From Dictyostelium discoideum (Eukaryota): a DNA stretch of 64,000 bases. The position numbers were made by a program, and so were the translations under genes. The DNA lies in the NCBI GenBank assembly GCA_000004695.1, contig CM000150.2, forward strand, positions 2,080,001 through 2,144,000, in the 5' to 3' direction. Below the pieces are notes generated by a model. The model saw nothing but the letters and a program-made list of their open reading frames with translations, was not told where the DNA came from and searched no databases. Shown piece by piece: positions 1 through 11,186 of the stretch (positions are counted from its first letter, which is position 1; every line of letters starts with the position of its first letter).

Positions 1-332
1 ATAATAATAATAATAATGATGATAATTTAATACCAACAAATTTAGATAAATTTTCAAATGAACCAACTGATGATATTAATAAATTTTTAAAATTAGTTTC
101 AAAAAGGAATAAAATGTTATTATCAGGTGGTTTACCAGATTTAGAATTGGCTGCAAAATATTTTATTGCCCAATATAGAGAAGGAAAATTAGGTTGTTTC
201 ACACTAGATAAAATACAATTTCAACCAATTAATTCAAATCAAGAAGTTAAAAAAGATGAAAAAAAAGAAGTGAAAAAAGATGAAAAAAAAGAAGTAAAAA
301 AAGGAAAAAAAAATGAAAAAAAAAAAAAGTGA
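1..332 (+). CDS. 3' end of a gene (5' part lies before the window); C-terminus of a YlqF/YawG-family ribosome-biogenesis GTPase-like protein (Lsg1/GNL-like), ending in a lysine-rich tail
   Basis: Frame 3 is open from base 3 to the TAA at 330-332 with no upstream stop. The C-terminal motif AAKYFIAQYREGKLG matches the conserved AAR-x-L-x-D[WY]-x-x-GK[IL] tail of YlqF/YawG GTPases. It is followed by KKDEKKEVKK repeats. Confidence 0.4.
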   Translation, partial: NNNNNDDNLIPTNLDKFSNEPTDDINKFLKLVSKRNKMLLSGGLPDLELAAKYFIAQYREGKLGCFTLDKIQFQPINSNQEVKKDEKKEVKKDEKKEVKKGKKNEKKKK

Positions 333-757
333 TGTAATTAACACACATGTATGCGCTTAATCCAAAAAAAGTAAACCTTTTTTTTTTATTTTTTTCTTTT
401 TTATTTTTTAAAAAAATTTTTTTTTTTTTTTTTTTTTTAATCAAAATGTCTAAAAATAAAATTAACAAAATAAAAAATTTTTGGACTTGGGTTTGATATT
501 TTCTTTATTTCCCAAAATAAAAGGAAATTTTTTGATTATTTTCCAAAATAAAAAAAAAATAATTGCGCCTTTTTTTTTTTTTTTTTTTTTTCAAAAATTA
601 TTAAAAAAAAAACAAAAACAAAAAAAAATATACGATTTTTTTTTTTTTTTTATTTTTCATTCACCTTATCTCCCCCTCATTGTATAAAATAAATAAATAA
701 ATAAAATTAAATTTTTGTATATTAAATAAATATATTTAAATTTTTGTATATTAAATA

Positions 758-1545
758 ATGATTAAAAATTCAAATATTAATTCAAATAGTAGATTAGATG
801 ATCCAATTTTACAAGAAATTGAATTAAATAAAGTAGAGATTGGAAAGCATGCATCTTGGTCCGTTTCATCTGCAAAACCAGGATCAGGTGTTGAACAATT
901 ACGTGATAATAATTTAGATACATTTTGGCAGTATGTTTTAAACAAAAAAAAAAAAAAAAAAAATAATAAATTAATAAATTTTTCTGACAATAATTATTAT
1001 TAATTTTTTTTATTTTTATTTTTTTTTATTTTTATTTTTATTTTTTTTAAAAAAAAAAATAAAAATAAAAATAAAAAAAAATAATAAATAATAAATTTTT
1101 CTGACAATAATTATTATTAATTTTTTTTATTTTTATTTTTTTTTATTTTTATTTTTATTTTTTTTAAAAAAAAAAATGACAGATCAGATGCACAGCAACC
1201 TCATCATATTACAATTCAATTCCCAAAGAAATGTTATATTGAAAACTTATTAATTCATTGTGATTATAAATTGGATGAAAGTTATACACCTTGTAAAATA
1301 TCAATAAAAGCTGGTACAATATTACACGACCTTCAAGAAATTATATTAACAGAATTAGAAGAACCATCTGGTTGGATCAATATTCCATTAAGTTTTAATA
1401 ATAAGTAGGTATTTATTTTTTAAAAATTTTTTTAAATTTTTTTAAATTTTTTTTTTTTTTTCTTTTTCTCATACATGCAATCGGTTTCAGTGTAAATTGG
1501 TCATATCTTTTTTTTTCAATCCAATCAATTTCAGTCCAATTTTCC

Positions 1546-1578
<33 letters not shown>

Positions 1579-1980
1579 TTTAGGTTGTAAATTTTTGTGA
1601 AATTTACCAAATAAAAAAAAAAAAAATTAGGAAATTAAAAATGATTAAATATTAACGTTAAATTTTATAATAAAAAAATAATAATAATAATAATAAAAAT
1701 TAACTACTAGTTCGCTTAAAGCAAATTTATTACAAATATCAATTTTATCAAATTTAAAAAATGGAAGAGATTCTCATATTAGGCAAATAAAAGTTTATGG
1801 AAAAAAAATGTATGTATTTGGGTTATAATATTCTACTACTAAAGTTTAATTACTAAATATTAATTTTTCTTTTTTTTTTTTTTTTTTTTTTTGGTTTAAA
1901 AAATTAGCTCAATAGAAAACTATACTCAATATCCAAAATTTAATTCACCAGAAGTATCAATGTTTCAAACTTTAAGATAA
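758..1980 (+). CDS. anapc10: Anaphase-promoting complex subunit 10 (APC10/Doc1, DOC domain). Four exons: 758..930, 1183..1403, 1711..1809, 1908..1980
   Basis: Exon 1 reads ...[32 protein letters not shown], the DOC-domain signature (REIG..A.WSLSS.KPG.GV.QLRDDNLETYWQ). Exon 2 reads [69 protein letters not shown]. Exon 3 reads ...[14 protein letters not shown] and exon 4 ends ...[16 protein letters not shown], which matches the human APC10 C-terminus. Donors are GTATGT (931), GTAGGT (1404) and GTATGT (1810). Acceptors are AG at 1181-1182, 1709-1710 and 1906-1907. Confidence 0.8.
961..1176 (+). repeat. Tandem duplication (2 x about 100-115 bp) of AT-rich sequence inside APC10 intron 1
   Basis: The unit aaataataaattaataaatttttctgacaataattattattaatttttttt atttttatttttttttatttttatttttattttttttaaaaaaaaaa occurs twice, back to back. 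The two copies are separated by an aaaaataaaaataaaaaaaa spacer. Confidence 0.8.
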
Positions 1981-2052
1981 GATTCATTACTTTATTTTTA
2001 GGTTTATTTTTTTTTTATTTTTATTTTTTTTTAGATATATTTTTATTTAATG

Positions 2053-2084
<32 letters not shown>

Positions 2085-2802
2085 TAATTAATTATTTATG
2101 GAAATAGAAACAACACCCCAAAAACCACCAACAATTTCTGTGCTTTTTTTTTTTTATTTTTTTTATTTATTTTATTTTTTTTATTTTTTTTTTTTCGAAA
2201 TTTTTTTTTTTTTTTTTTATTTTTTTTTTTTTCATAAAACACTTATTATTTTTTTTTTTATCTTATATTTGATAGATTTGGTAACACACATATATAACCA
2301 ACCGTTAAAACCGTACCATATAAAAAAAAATTTTATTTTGATCAATATATTTTTTTTTTTTTTTTTTTAATCATATATTTTTTTTTTTAATATTTTATTA
2401 ATTTTTGTCATTAAAAATAAAAAAAAAAAAAGCCAAAAAAAAAAAAAATAAAAAAATAAAAAAAAATAAAAATAAAAATAAAAAAAATAAAAATAGAGGT
2501 AGAAAAAGAAAACAAAATAAAAGAAATCTATTAAATTTTATTACAGATTATTTTAAAAACAAACAAAAACAAAAACAAAAATTAAAAATCAAAAAAAAGA
2601 GATAGGGGAAAAGATATCGTATTTTCATAAAAAATATAAAAAATAAAAAATAAAAAAATAAAAATAATTATTTTATTTAGCTACATAAAATCCAAAAAAA
2701 AATAATAATAATAAATAAATAAATTAATAAATTAATAAATTAATTAATAAATAAATAAATAAGAAGGAAGTAAAGAAAAGTAAAAAATAAATTAAATTAA
2801 AA

Positions 2803-5800
2803 ATGATAAATAATGAATTACCAATAAATGGAGATATTGGTGGTGGTGGTGTTGGTGTTGGTAGTAATGGTATTGAAAAAAATAAAGAAAATAATCAAGA
2901 TAAAGTTAAAGAATCAACAATTAGCACTAGAAAAAAAAGAGATTTAGTTCAATGTTCAAATTGTAGTATTCAATTACCAATATCATCATATAAAACTCAT
3001 ATTAGTAATTGCACACCAATTTATTCGAAACCATCGATTACATTATCAATAAATTCACCACCAAAACACCAATCATCATCTTCATTAAAAGAAGCCACAA
3101 AAAGACTTTCATTATCACCAAAATCTCCATCACAACAACCATTATCACCAAACTCAATTAAAACTAGAAAAATGACGGGATCAATACCAACTCCATTATT
3201 CATTATTAATAATAATAATAATGATAGTAACAATACCACAAATAGTAATAATACAAACAATACACCAAATTCTAAAATTAAGAGAGGAAGAATGTCATCA
3301 TCAAATGTAATCCAACCAAAACCAACAGTAAAGAAAACACCAACAAAATCACCATCATCAAAATCACCTTCAAAATCACCTTCAAAATCACCAACAAAAT
3401 CATCTTCAAAATCACCATCAAAATCACCTTCAAAATCACCATCAAAATCTGAAACAACATCACCAAAAAAGAGAAAATATATAGCACCAAATAATAGTTC
3501 ACAATCTACAACACCAACATCATCAACATCAACTTCACCAACATCAAAATTAAAACAAACTCAATATAAGGTAATTATTATTATTATTATTATTATTACT
3601 ATTATAATTTTATATTTATATATATATATATAAAATATTAATTTTTTATTATTTATTTTATGAAAAAAAGGGATGGGCAAAAAATACAATTAGTGAATGG
3701 AGAATACCAGAAGCACCAGTATTTTATCCAACTATTGAAGAATTTAAATCACCATTAAGATATATTGAATCGATTAGACCAATAGCAGAGAAATATGGTA
3801 TTTGTAAGATTGTACCACCATTCAAGAGTGATTCAATTACAAAGAATATTGATCCAAAGAAATTTAAATTTAAAACTAAAGTTCAAAATATACATCAATT
3901 GAAGAGACGTTGGAATGGACCTAATGAATTGTTTGTATCTGATTTATGTGAGTTTTTAGATAAGAAAACCAATACACCATTGGAATCATTACCAAAATAT
4001 GATGGAAGGGATTTAGATTTCTATACATTGTTTTTAGAAGTCAATAGATGGGGTGGTTGTAATGAGTGTACTCATTCCTCCAAATGGAATGAAGTCATAA
4101 AGGTATTGAAAGTAACTGATTTCTGTAGTAAACCAATTCAAACCTTAAAGAATTATTATCATCGTTATTTGGATGATTTCGAATCTGATAGTAGAAAGAA
4201 ATTCATGATAACTCATAAATTAACTTCAAAAGATCAAATTGATAATCATTTATTTGTAAATGAAATCATTCAACAATATAATCAATATAGTAAATTTTAT
4301 AGTGAATTTGAAAAAGAAGAATCTTTAAATAATATTAAAAATAATAATAATAATAATAATAACAATAGTGATGATGAAAGAGATGAAGGTTCTGATGATA
4401 ATAATAATCAAAATAAAAATATTAATAGAAATATTGAAAGAGAAATTATTATTGAAGATTCAGATGATGAAAAATTAAATAATAATAATAATAATGATTA
4501 TGATTATGATTATGAAGAATCTGATGAAGAATCTGATGATGACCCAACAAAAGGTGTGGTTTTAAGAAAAAAAGAATTAAAGAAACCAATAATACAAAAT
4601 AAAACTATAACTACTCCAAAGAAAAGAGGTAGAAAGAGAAAGGTTCAACAAGAAATTAAAAAGGAGATAGAAGAAGAGGAAGAGGAAGAAGAAGAACTTG
4701 TAGAAGAAGAAAAAGAAGAACACATTGTATATAATAATAATAATAATAATAATAATATTAAAGAAGATAATTTAAATGATTTAGATGATGATTCAGATGA
4801 TTCAGATGATTCAGATGATTCAAAACAAGAATTTGGATTTTATGAAGGTAATACATATTCTTTGGAGGAATTTGAAATATTAGCTGCAAATTTTTCAAAG
4901 AAATGGTTTCCAGATGGTAATAATGATCCAAATACGGTTGAAAATGAATTTTGGAGAATTGTAGAGAATGGTGATGAAAATGTTCAAGTTCATTATGGTA
5001 GTGATTTAGATGTTACAACACATGGAAGTGGTTTCTCTAGAACTACAAATACGCAACCAAATGAACATTGGAATCTTAATCAAATGCCAAAGATGGAGGA
5101 ATCATTATTCTCTCATCTTACAGAGACAATCGCTGGTGTAACCGATCCAATGATGTATGTTGGTATGTTGTTTTCATCATTTTGTTGGCATAATGAGGAT
5201 AATTATCTCTATTCTATCAATTATCTTCACAAGGGTACCTATAAGACTTGGTATGGTGTGCCAGGCTCATGTTCGGATCAGTTTGAGAAAGTTATGAAAA
5301 ATCTTGTGCCAGAGTTATTCGAAAAACAGCCTAACCTTCTCTACCTTTTAATTACAATGATTTCGCCAGATGTATTCAAGCGTCGTCATGTTCCAATCTA
5401 TAAATGTTTACAAGGTCCTGGTGAATATGTAATTACATTCCCACAAGCGTATCATGCTGGTTTTAGTCATGGTTTTACAATTGCTGAAGCTGTTAATTTT
5501 GCACCACCAGATTGGATTCCATTTGGCAGTAGTTCCATCGAAAGATATCAAGAGACTCATCGTTCTTCAGTGTTTTCTCATGATCAACTACTCTATACCA
5601 TTGCAAATAGATCACCATCATCTGATCTTTCAGTTTGGTTATCTAAAGAATTTCAAAAAATTAAATCAAAAGAAAACTCATTACGTAATCAATTATTAAA
5701 ACGTAATCCAACTCTAATCATTGAAAAATCTCAAAAATCAACCCAAGAAATCTTAAATAATGAACCACTTCAATGTTTTGTTTGTAAATATGATTGTTTT

Positions 5801-5897
5801 CTTTCTTTTATTCAATGTAGTGAACATTCAATTGAAATTGATGATTTTAATCAACATCAATGGTTAGATAATAGTAATGATAGTATAGGTAGTAATT

Positions 5898-5984
<87 letters not shown>

Positions 5985-6128
5985 GTAATAATAAAACTAT
6001 TAAAATTTGTTGTCTTTCTCATTTTGAAGATCTTTGTGATTGTAATAAAAAGAAATTAATTTCTATATTTTCAATTGAAGATTTAGATAAAACAATTTCA
6101 AGTGTAAATAAAATTCAACATCAACATC

Positions 6129-6220
<92 letters not shown>

Positions 6221-6499
6221 CCAATCCAACCAACATCAACATCAACATCAAATAGTAATAATAATAATAATATAATACAACAACAACAACAACAACAATC
6301 AACACCATTAACAATTAAACCAATTTCAAATGCTCCACTTTCACCATCTTTACCAACTACAAGAAATATTCTTCATAAACCTGTATATAAATTTCCACAC
6401 CCATCTTCAAATGAAATTTCTCCAACTCCATCACTTACTTTAATTTTCTCAAAAAATTTAAAAAATTCAAGTTTAATTAAATTTAAAATAAATAAATAA
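2803..6499 (+). CDS. JmjN-ARID-JmjC-C5HC2 histone lysine demethylase (KDM5/JARID1-like). Exons 2803..3570 and 3671..6499
   Basis: Exon 1 is an S/T/P-rich basic region with (KSPS)n SPKK-like repeats. A GTAATT donor follows at 3571 after ...QYK, and the acceptor AAG sits at 3668-3670. Exon 2 opens with the JmjN motif EAPVFYPTIEEFKSPLRYIESIRPIAEKYGICKIVPP. An ARID domain follows (RRWNGPNELFVSDLCEFLDKK...NRWGGC). The JmjC domain reads HYGSDLDVTTHGSGFS...MMYVGMLFSSFCWHNEDNYLYSINYLHKG...ITFPQAYHAGFSHGF. A C5HC2 zinc finger follows (CFVCKYDCFLSFIQCSEH). The C-terminus carries (AAT)32 and (CAA)34 tracts, giving poly-N and poly-Q. Confidence 0.75.
5889..6225 (+). repeat. Coding microsatellites (AAT)32 and (CAA)34 inside the JmjC demethylase gene
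   Basis: 5889..5985 is pure AAT repeat (poly-Asn). 6123..6225 is pure CAA repeat (poly-Gln). Confidence 0.95.
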
Positions 6500-6585
6500 T
6501 TTATAATTTTTTTTTTTAATATATAAAACTTTTTTTTTTTTTTTATTTGTTTTTTTTAGAAATGTTTGTTTAACATAATAATTAT

Positions 6586-7328
6586 TTATAAATATTGAAC
6601 ACCTATTATTTGAGAACCAATACATTTACCTAATTCTTGAGCATGATGGCTTTTATCACTATAATAATAAATTGTATTTTTAAAACAATAAAATATTTTA
6701 CTAACATCACCAACTGGTTTTATATCAACAAAACTAAATCTAGATTTTATTTTTTATTTTTTTAATTATCTAAAATTAGATAATGATAATTTTTCATGTT
6801 TTTTTTTTTTAAAAATTAATAATTAATAGTTACCCATTTTTTAAAATTTCTGAAATACCATTTGTAATATTTGAATAAATTCCATCCATACCACACATTG
6901 ATGATAATTGTTCCACTGATGAAACAAATAATGACCATGAAAATTGTCCATTTCCTTGAGTTTTTACATAATTCATCATTTGTAAAACACCTTTTGAACA
7001 AATACCATTTGTATCATTTTTATTATTCTCTATTATTACTTTCTTTTTTTTTTTTTTTTTTAAATTATTTTAAAATAAATTCAAATGTTTATATATAAAA
7101 TAAATAAAAAAATAATCTTACTTGAACATTTAATATTACTTCACTTGCAAACATTTCATATTCAATTGAATTTGAAAAAAGAAACCATGGAATATGGAAT
7201 TTTTCAGAATGATTATCATTTGAAAATACAGCTGGGGATGAGTTTGGTTTTGGTAAATCTTTACCTAAACTAAAATTAAAATTTAAATATAAGGTAATTA
7301 AAAAAAAGAGTAATAATATAGTTTTCAT
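6586..7328 (-). CDS. Hypothetical secreted protein with at least three exons (approximately 7124..7328, about 6840..7040 and 6586..about 6745). The middle and last exon boundaries are uncertain
   Basis: The minus strand starts MKTILLLFFLITLYLNFNFSLG, which looks like a signal peptide, followed by KDLPKPNSS...EYEMFASEVILNVQ and a GTAAGA donor. A second open segment reads ...NDTNGICSKGVLQMMNYVKTQGNGQFSWSLFVSSVEQLSSMCGMDGIYSNITNGISEILKNG. A third reads FSFVDIKPVGDVSKIFYCFKNTIYYYSDKSHHAQELGKCIGSQIIGVQYL* with its stop at 6586-6588. I recognised no conserved domain. Confidence 0.35.
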
Positions 7329-7967
7329 TATTTATTTTTTTTATAATTTTTTTTTTTTTACTAATTGTATTTTTATTTAAATAAACAATATACAATAAAT
7401 TTTTAATTTTTAATTTATACTCTTGATATTTTTTTTATTTTAATGAAAGAAATCTTGATAAGATTTATTTTTGTTTGTAGTTAAAAATGGTGTGAAATTT
7501 TTAGTTTTTTTTTTTTTTATTTTTTTTTTCTTTTTAATATTTCAATTTTCCAAGATATTGTTTATTTTTGGACCAAAAATAAGTGTGCCCCAAAACATAT
7601 AGTCTGAAGAAATAAAATAGTTATCGGATTTAAAAAATAGTTGTCAAAAATTGAAAAAATAAAAAAAAGAAAATAAAAACCATGAAAACACTAAATTATT
7701 AATATATTATTTCCAAATTTTTTTTTTCTTATCTTTTTTTTTTTTTTTAATGGGTTAATTACAACAATTATTTATTTCTTTGTTAAATTAAAAAGATTTT
7801 TTTTTTTAAAATTAATTTTGACTTATTAAATTTTGAGAAAATTAAAAATTAAAAAAAAAATTCCCATAATTGAAATTGTGCACACCCTTAAATTTTTTTT
7901 TTTTTATTTCAACTCAAATTTTTTACATTATCCTTAAAAACCCTCTTTATAATTTAAAAAAATAATA

Positions 7968-8687
7968 ATGTCAAAAGTTAAAAAAATAAAAACAGATAAT
8001 AATAATAAAATATTTCAAGATATTATTGATTTTGAAATTTTAAAATCTATAATCAATTATTTATTAATCAGCAAAAAAAATAAAAATAAAAATAATAATT
8101 AATAAATTTTATTTTAATAGAAATGAAATATTAAATTATATATTAGTTTCAAAAAAGTGGTATAATTTTATATCGTTAACAATATCAAAAAATATTATTA
8201 ATAAATTATTTGAATATTGGTTAGATATTAATCATAATGATTATAACTCATTTATTGAAAATTTTAATAATAAAAATCAATATGATAAAAATAATTTATT
8301 TTTTGAAAGTGGTAAACAAAATAAAATTAGGTTTAATAAAGAATTTTCAATTATAAAAATCAAAGAATCTGTAACAACTGGTGGTCGGTATCATCAGTAT
8401 TAATTTTTCCTAATGATTTCTTTATTGTGTTGGTTATTGCTGCTGAAGTTATTGGTGTTGTAATGTTGGGTGATGATGGTGGTGTCGTATGATTATTCAA
8501 TTGTTGTTGAGATTGTTGATTTATTAATTGAATGTGTTGTTGAAGAAGCTGATTTTGTTTATCTATTTGTTAACCTACAATTTTTAAATTTATATTATTA
8601 TTTTATATGGTGATTTTGTGTGTGGCATTTTTAATATCTGGTATCTAATATCTGTTATGAAAACTTTTGTGAAATTCAAATTAATTT

Positions 8688-8721
<34 letters not shown>

Positions 8722-10370
8722 AAAATTAAATTTAATTTAAAATTAATTAAATTTAATTACAACGGGAGAAAACCCCTTTAAACAAAACAATAAAATAAAT
8801 TATTATTATTTTCTGAATTGTATGTGTCATAACAAATTGTTGAAACAAAACTATATTCTAAATTATTATTATTTATTTTTGAATTATTGTTTAGTTGTGT
8901 TTAGTGAGTTTATTATATAAAATGAAACAATTTATTAAAATGAATTAAGTTAGTAATAATTAATATTGAATTATCAATTCAATATTAATAGTTATTTTTA
9001 AATGTTCTGTTTAGAACATTTCATAAAATTAAATAAATATTAGTATTAACAAGATATTTTTTTGAGATCTTGTTACAGAATCAATAATCAATGATTATTT
9101 TAAATTCAATTTGTTTTTATATATGATTACAATTGATGATTTTAAAGAAATTAAAAATAAATTTGAAATTAATCAATTAGTTTATAATAGAATTGAAGTT
9201 AATTTTGAAAATTATTGTGGTTTAAATGATGATTATACTATGTTCAAAATAAGTGAATATGTATCAAATGAAAATTCAGAAACCATATCAAATTTATTTA
9301 AAATATTAGAATTAAATTCTGATTTTTGGTTGAATGATGGTTATATTCCAAATTTTGAAGATGAAGGTAATAAGAAATGCACTGAAATATATTTTAATAA
9401 TTTATTAATTGGTGGTTATAATAAAAATGTAGGTAAAGATGGAGAAACAGTAAAGGTATTCAAAATTTTCAAAGGTAAAAATTTAATTTATGATGGACCT
9501 AGTGCAATTTTTGATTTTTTAACAAGTGTCAACTATTCAGCTTATTTGACCCAGATCGATTAAAGTAAAAAAAGAAAATAAATGTGAAGATTTTGTTGAA
9601 GCACGTCATTGAATCAAAGTTCATCAATTTGAAAATTTACATTCAATTACAATATGGCTGCTGAAATTAATACGGTAATTTTGGCAGACCTAAGTCCCAT
9701 GCCAAAATTAATATGGCTGCTGAAATTAATATGGTAATTTTGGCATGGGACAAATAACAACTAACTATTTTCAAATATTATCAAACATATCAAAACAAAT
9801 GGGATCTACTAGTTTCTATGATGATAACTCCGAATTTAATCAAATGGTTAATTCATTCATTACAAGAAAATCTTTAAAGAATTAAAAAATAACATTGATA
9901 ATTCCAATAGATTATCCAATCGATAATGAAGGTTGTGTTAATTATGATGATGGAAGTGATCATGAAATGTGTGCTAATGAAATAAATAAAACTATAGAAT
10001 ACTATTCTAATTGTTTTAAACCATTATTTTCAGAATTAAATACATCAATTGAAAGAATTGAATTTGATTGTATGGATCGATACATTTTCAAATTTATTAA
10101 ATAATAAATCAATTAAATATTATCTTTATATGGTAATAGTGATTTCATTGTTTACTCATTAGAACCAATTGGTGGTGGTGATGGTGATGGTGATGGTGGA
10201 CACAAAAACAACTACAAGAACAAGAACAAGAACAACAACAAAAATCAGATAACATAAATTTAAAAGAAAATAAAATTATAATTCTACATGATATTTATTT
10301 TCAAGAATTAAATATTATTAAAAATCCATTTTTCACAACAGTAATAAAGAAAATGCATACAGCTTGTTAT
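7968..10370 (+). pseudogene. Degenerate, fragmented copy of the paralog at 11187..13082. Stops, frameshifts, deletions and insertions disrupt it
   Basis: Segment 7968-8370 matches 11187-11620 (MSKVKKIKTDNNNKIFQDIIDFEILKSIINYLL...) but has an early TAA. Segment 9100-9560 matches 11630-12100 (ITIDDFKEIKNKFE.NQL.YNRI.VN...YVSNENSETISNLFKILELN). Segment 9895-10104 matches 12400-12600 (...SDHE...NKTIE.YSN.FKPLFSELNTSIERIEFDCM). Segment 10100-10370 matches 12590-13080. The ORF track pieces at 9111..9563 and 9895..10104 are fragments of this copy. Confidence 0.75.
9654..9760. repeat. Short insertion with hairpin/inverted-repeat structure inside the pseudogene copy
   Basis: atatggctgctgaaattaata[c/t]ggtaattttggca occurs twice in direct orientation. 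gtcccatgccaaaatt and aattttggcatgggac form a 16 bp inverted repeat around it. This insertion is absent from the intact paralog. Confidence 0.5.
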
Positions 10371-11066
10371 TATGGATAGAAAAAATAAAAATAAAAACAA
10401 TTGAAAATCTTTATTATAATATAATTTTTATAATAAAATTGTAGCTAATATTGAAACTAATAGTGGCATTTTTCATCCAGATAATTCAACTTTATTTCTG
10501 ATATTTTTGGTTTGTTGAGCTGGTTGAGCTGAATCACATAGAAATCCACCTCAATAGTTATTGATTGATGAGCCAACTGTTGTAGTTTGGCCATGAAGTG
10601 ATTGGTTGAGTTTGATCATTTAATAATGGTGTGGTTGGTTGTGTATTGAGTTTGACCTAATCATAATCACAAGGTTTATAAGTGCTGAAGACATTTTGAT
10701 GATTGCTGTGGTTGTGTGGGGGCAGTTGGTGCTACTGTTTTACTAATAATAACAAGATATTAGTAACCAAACTATCTGAACCTTCATTTTTATTATTTTC
10801 ATGTTCTTATATTTGAATAATTACTGTTGTACTTGTTAAATTATTGAAAGAATGAAAGAACTGTTTGAATTGGTTTCATTACAGTTGATGGTTGTTGTGG
10901 TGGACTACTGTTACTACAAATACTATCTCAATGGATATTGTGTGCTCTTTTCGTTCGCATGAGATTTATCACTTGAAAACCACTTGAGTTTCTATTGTTG
11001 TTTGGTACTGATAGAAAATATTAAACCAGATTGTTGATCCGTTTTTTTTTCTTCCCCATCCCATTG

Positions 11067-11098
<32 letters not shown>

Positions 11099-11186
11099 AT
11101 AATTTTAGAAGAAAAAAAAATATCTTGGTCAGTTTTTTTTTTTTTTTTTTATTGGGATGAAAAAAAAAAATTTTAAAAAAATAATA

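Noticed and set aside
247-687. ORFs 247..468(-) and 481..687(+) made of K/F runs
   Set aside because: They translate poly(A)/poly(T) intergenic tracts. They have no complexity and no start context.
2098-2605. ORFs 2098..2370(+) and 2405..2605(+)
   Set aside because: Poly-T/poly-A low-complexity sequence upstream of the demethylase gene. The amino-acid strings are F- or K-homopolymers.
3021-3502. Minus-strand ORFs 3021..3260 and 3278..3502
   Set aside because: Antisense to the KSPS-repeat exon of the demethylase. They are a repeat-driven artefact.
6063-6314. ORF 6063..6314(-) poly-V
   Set aside because: Reverse-strand reading of the (CAA)n poly-Gln tract in the demethylase gene.
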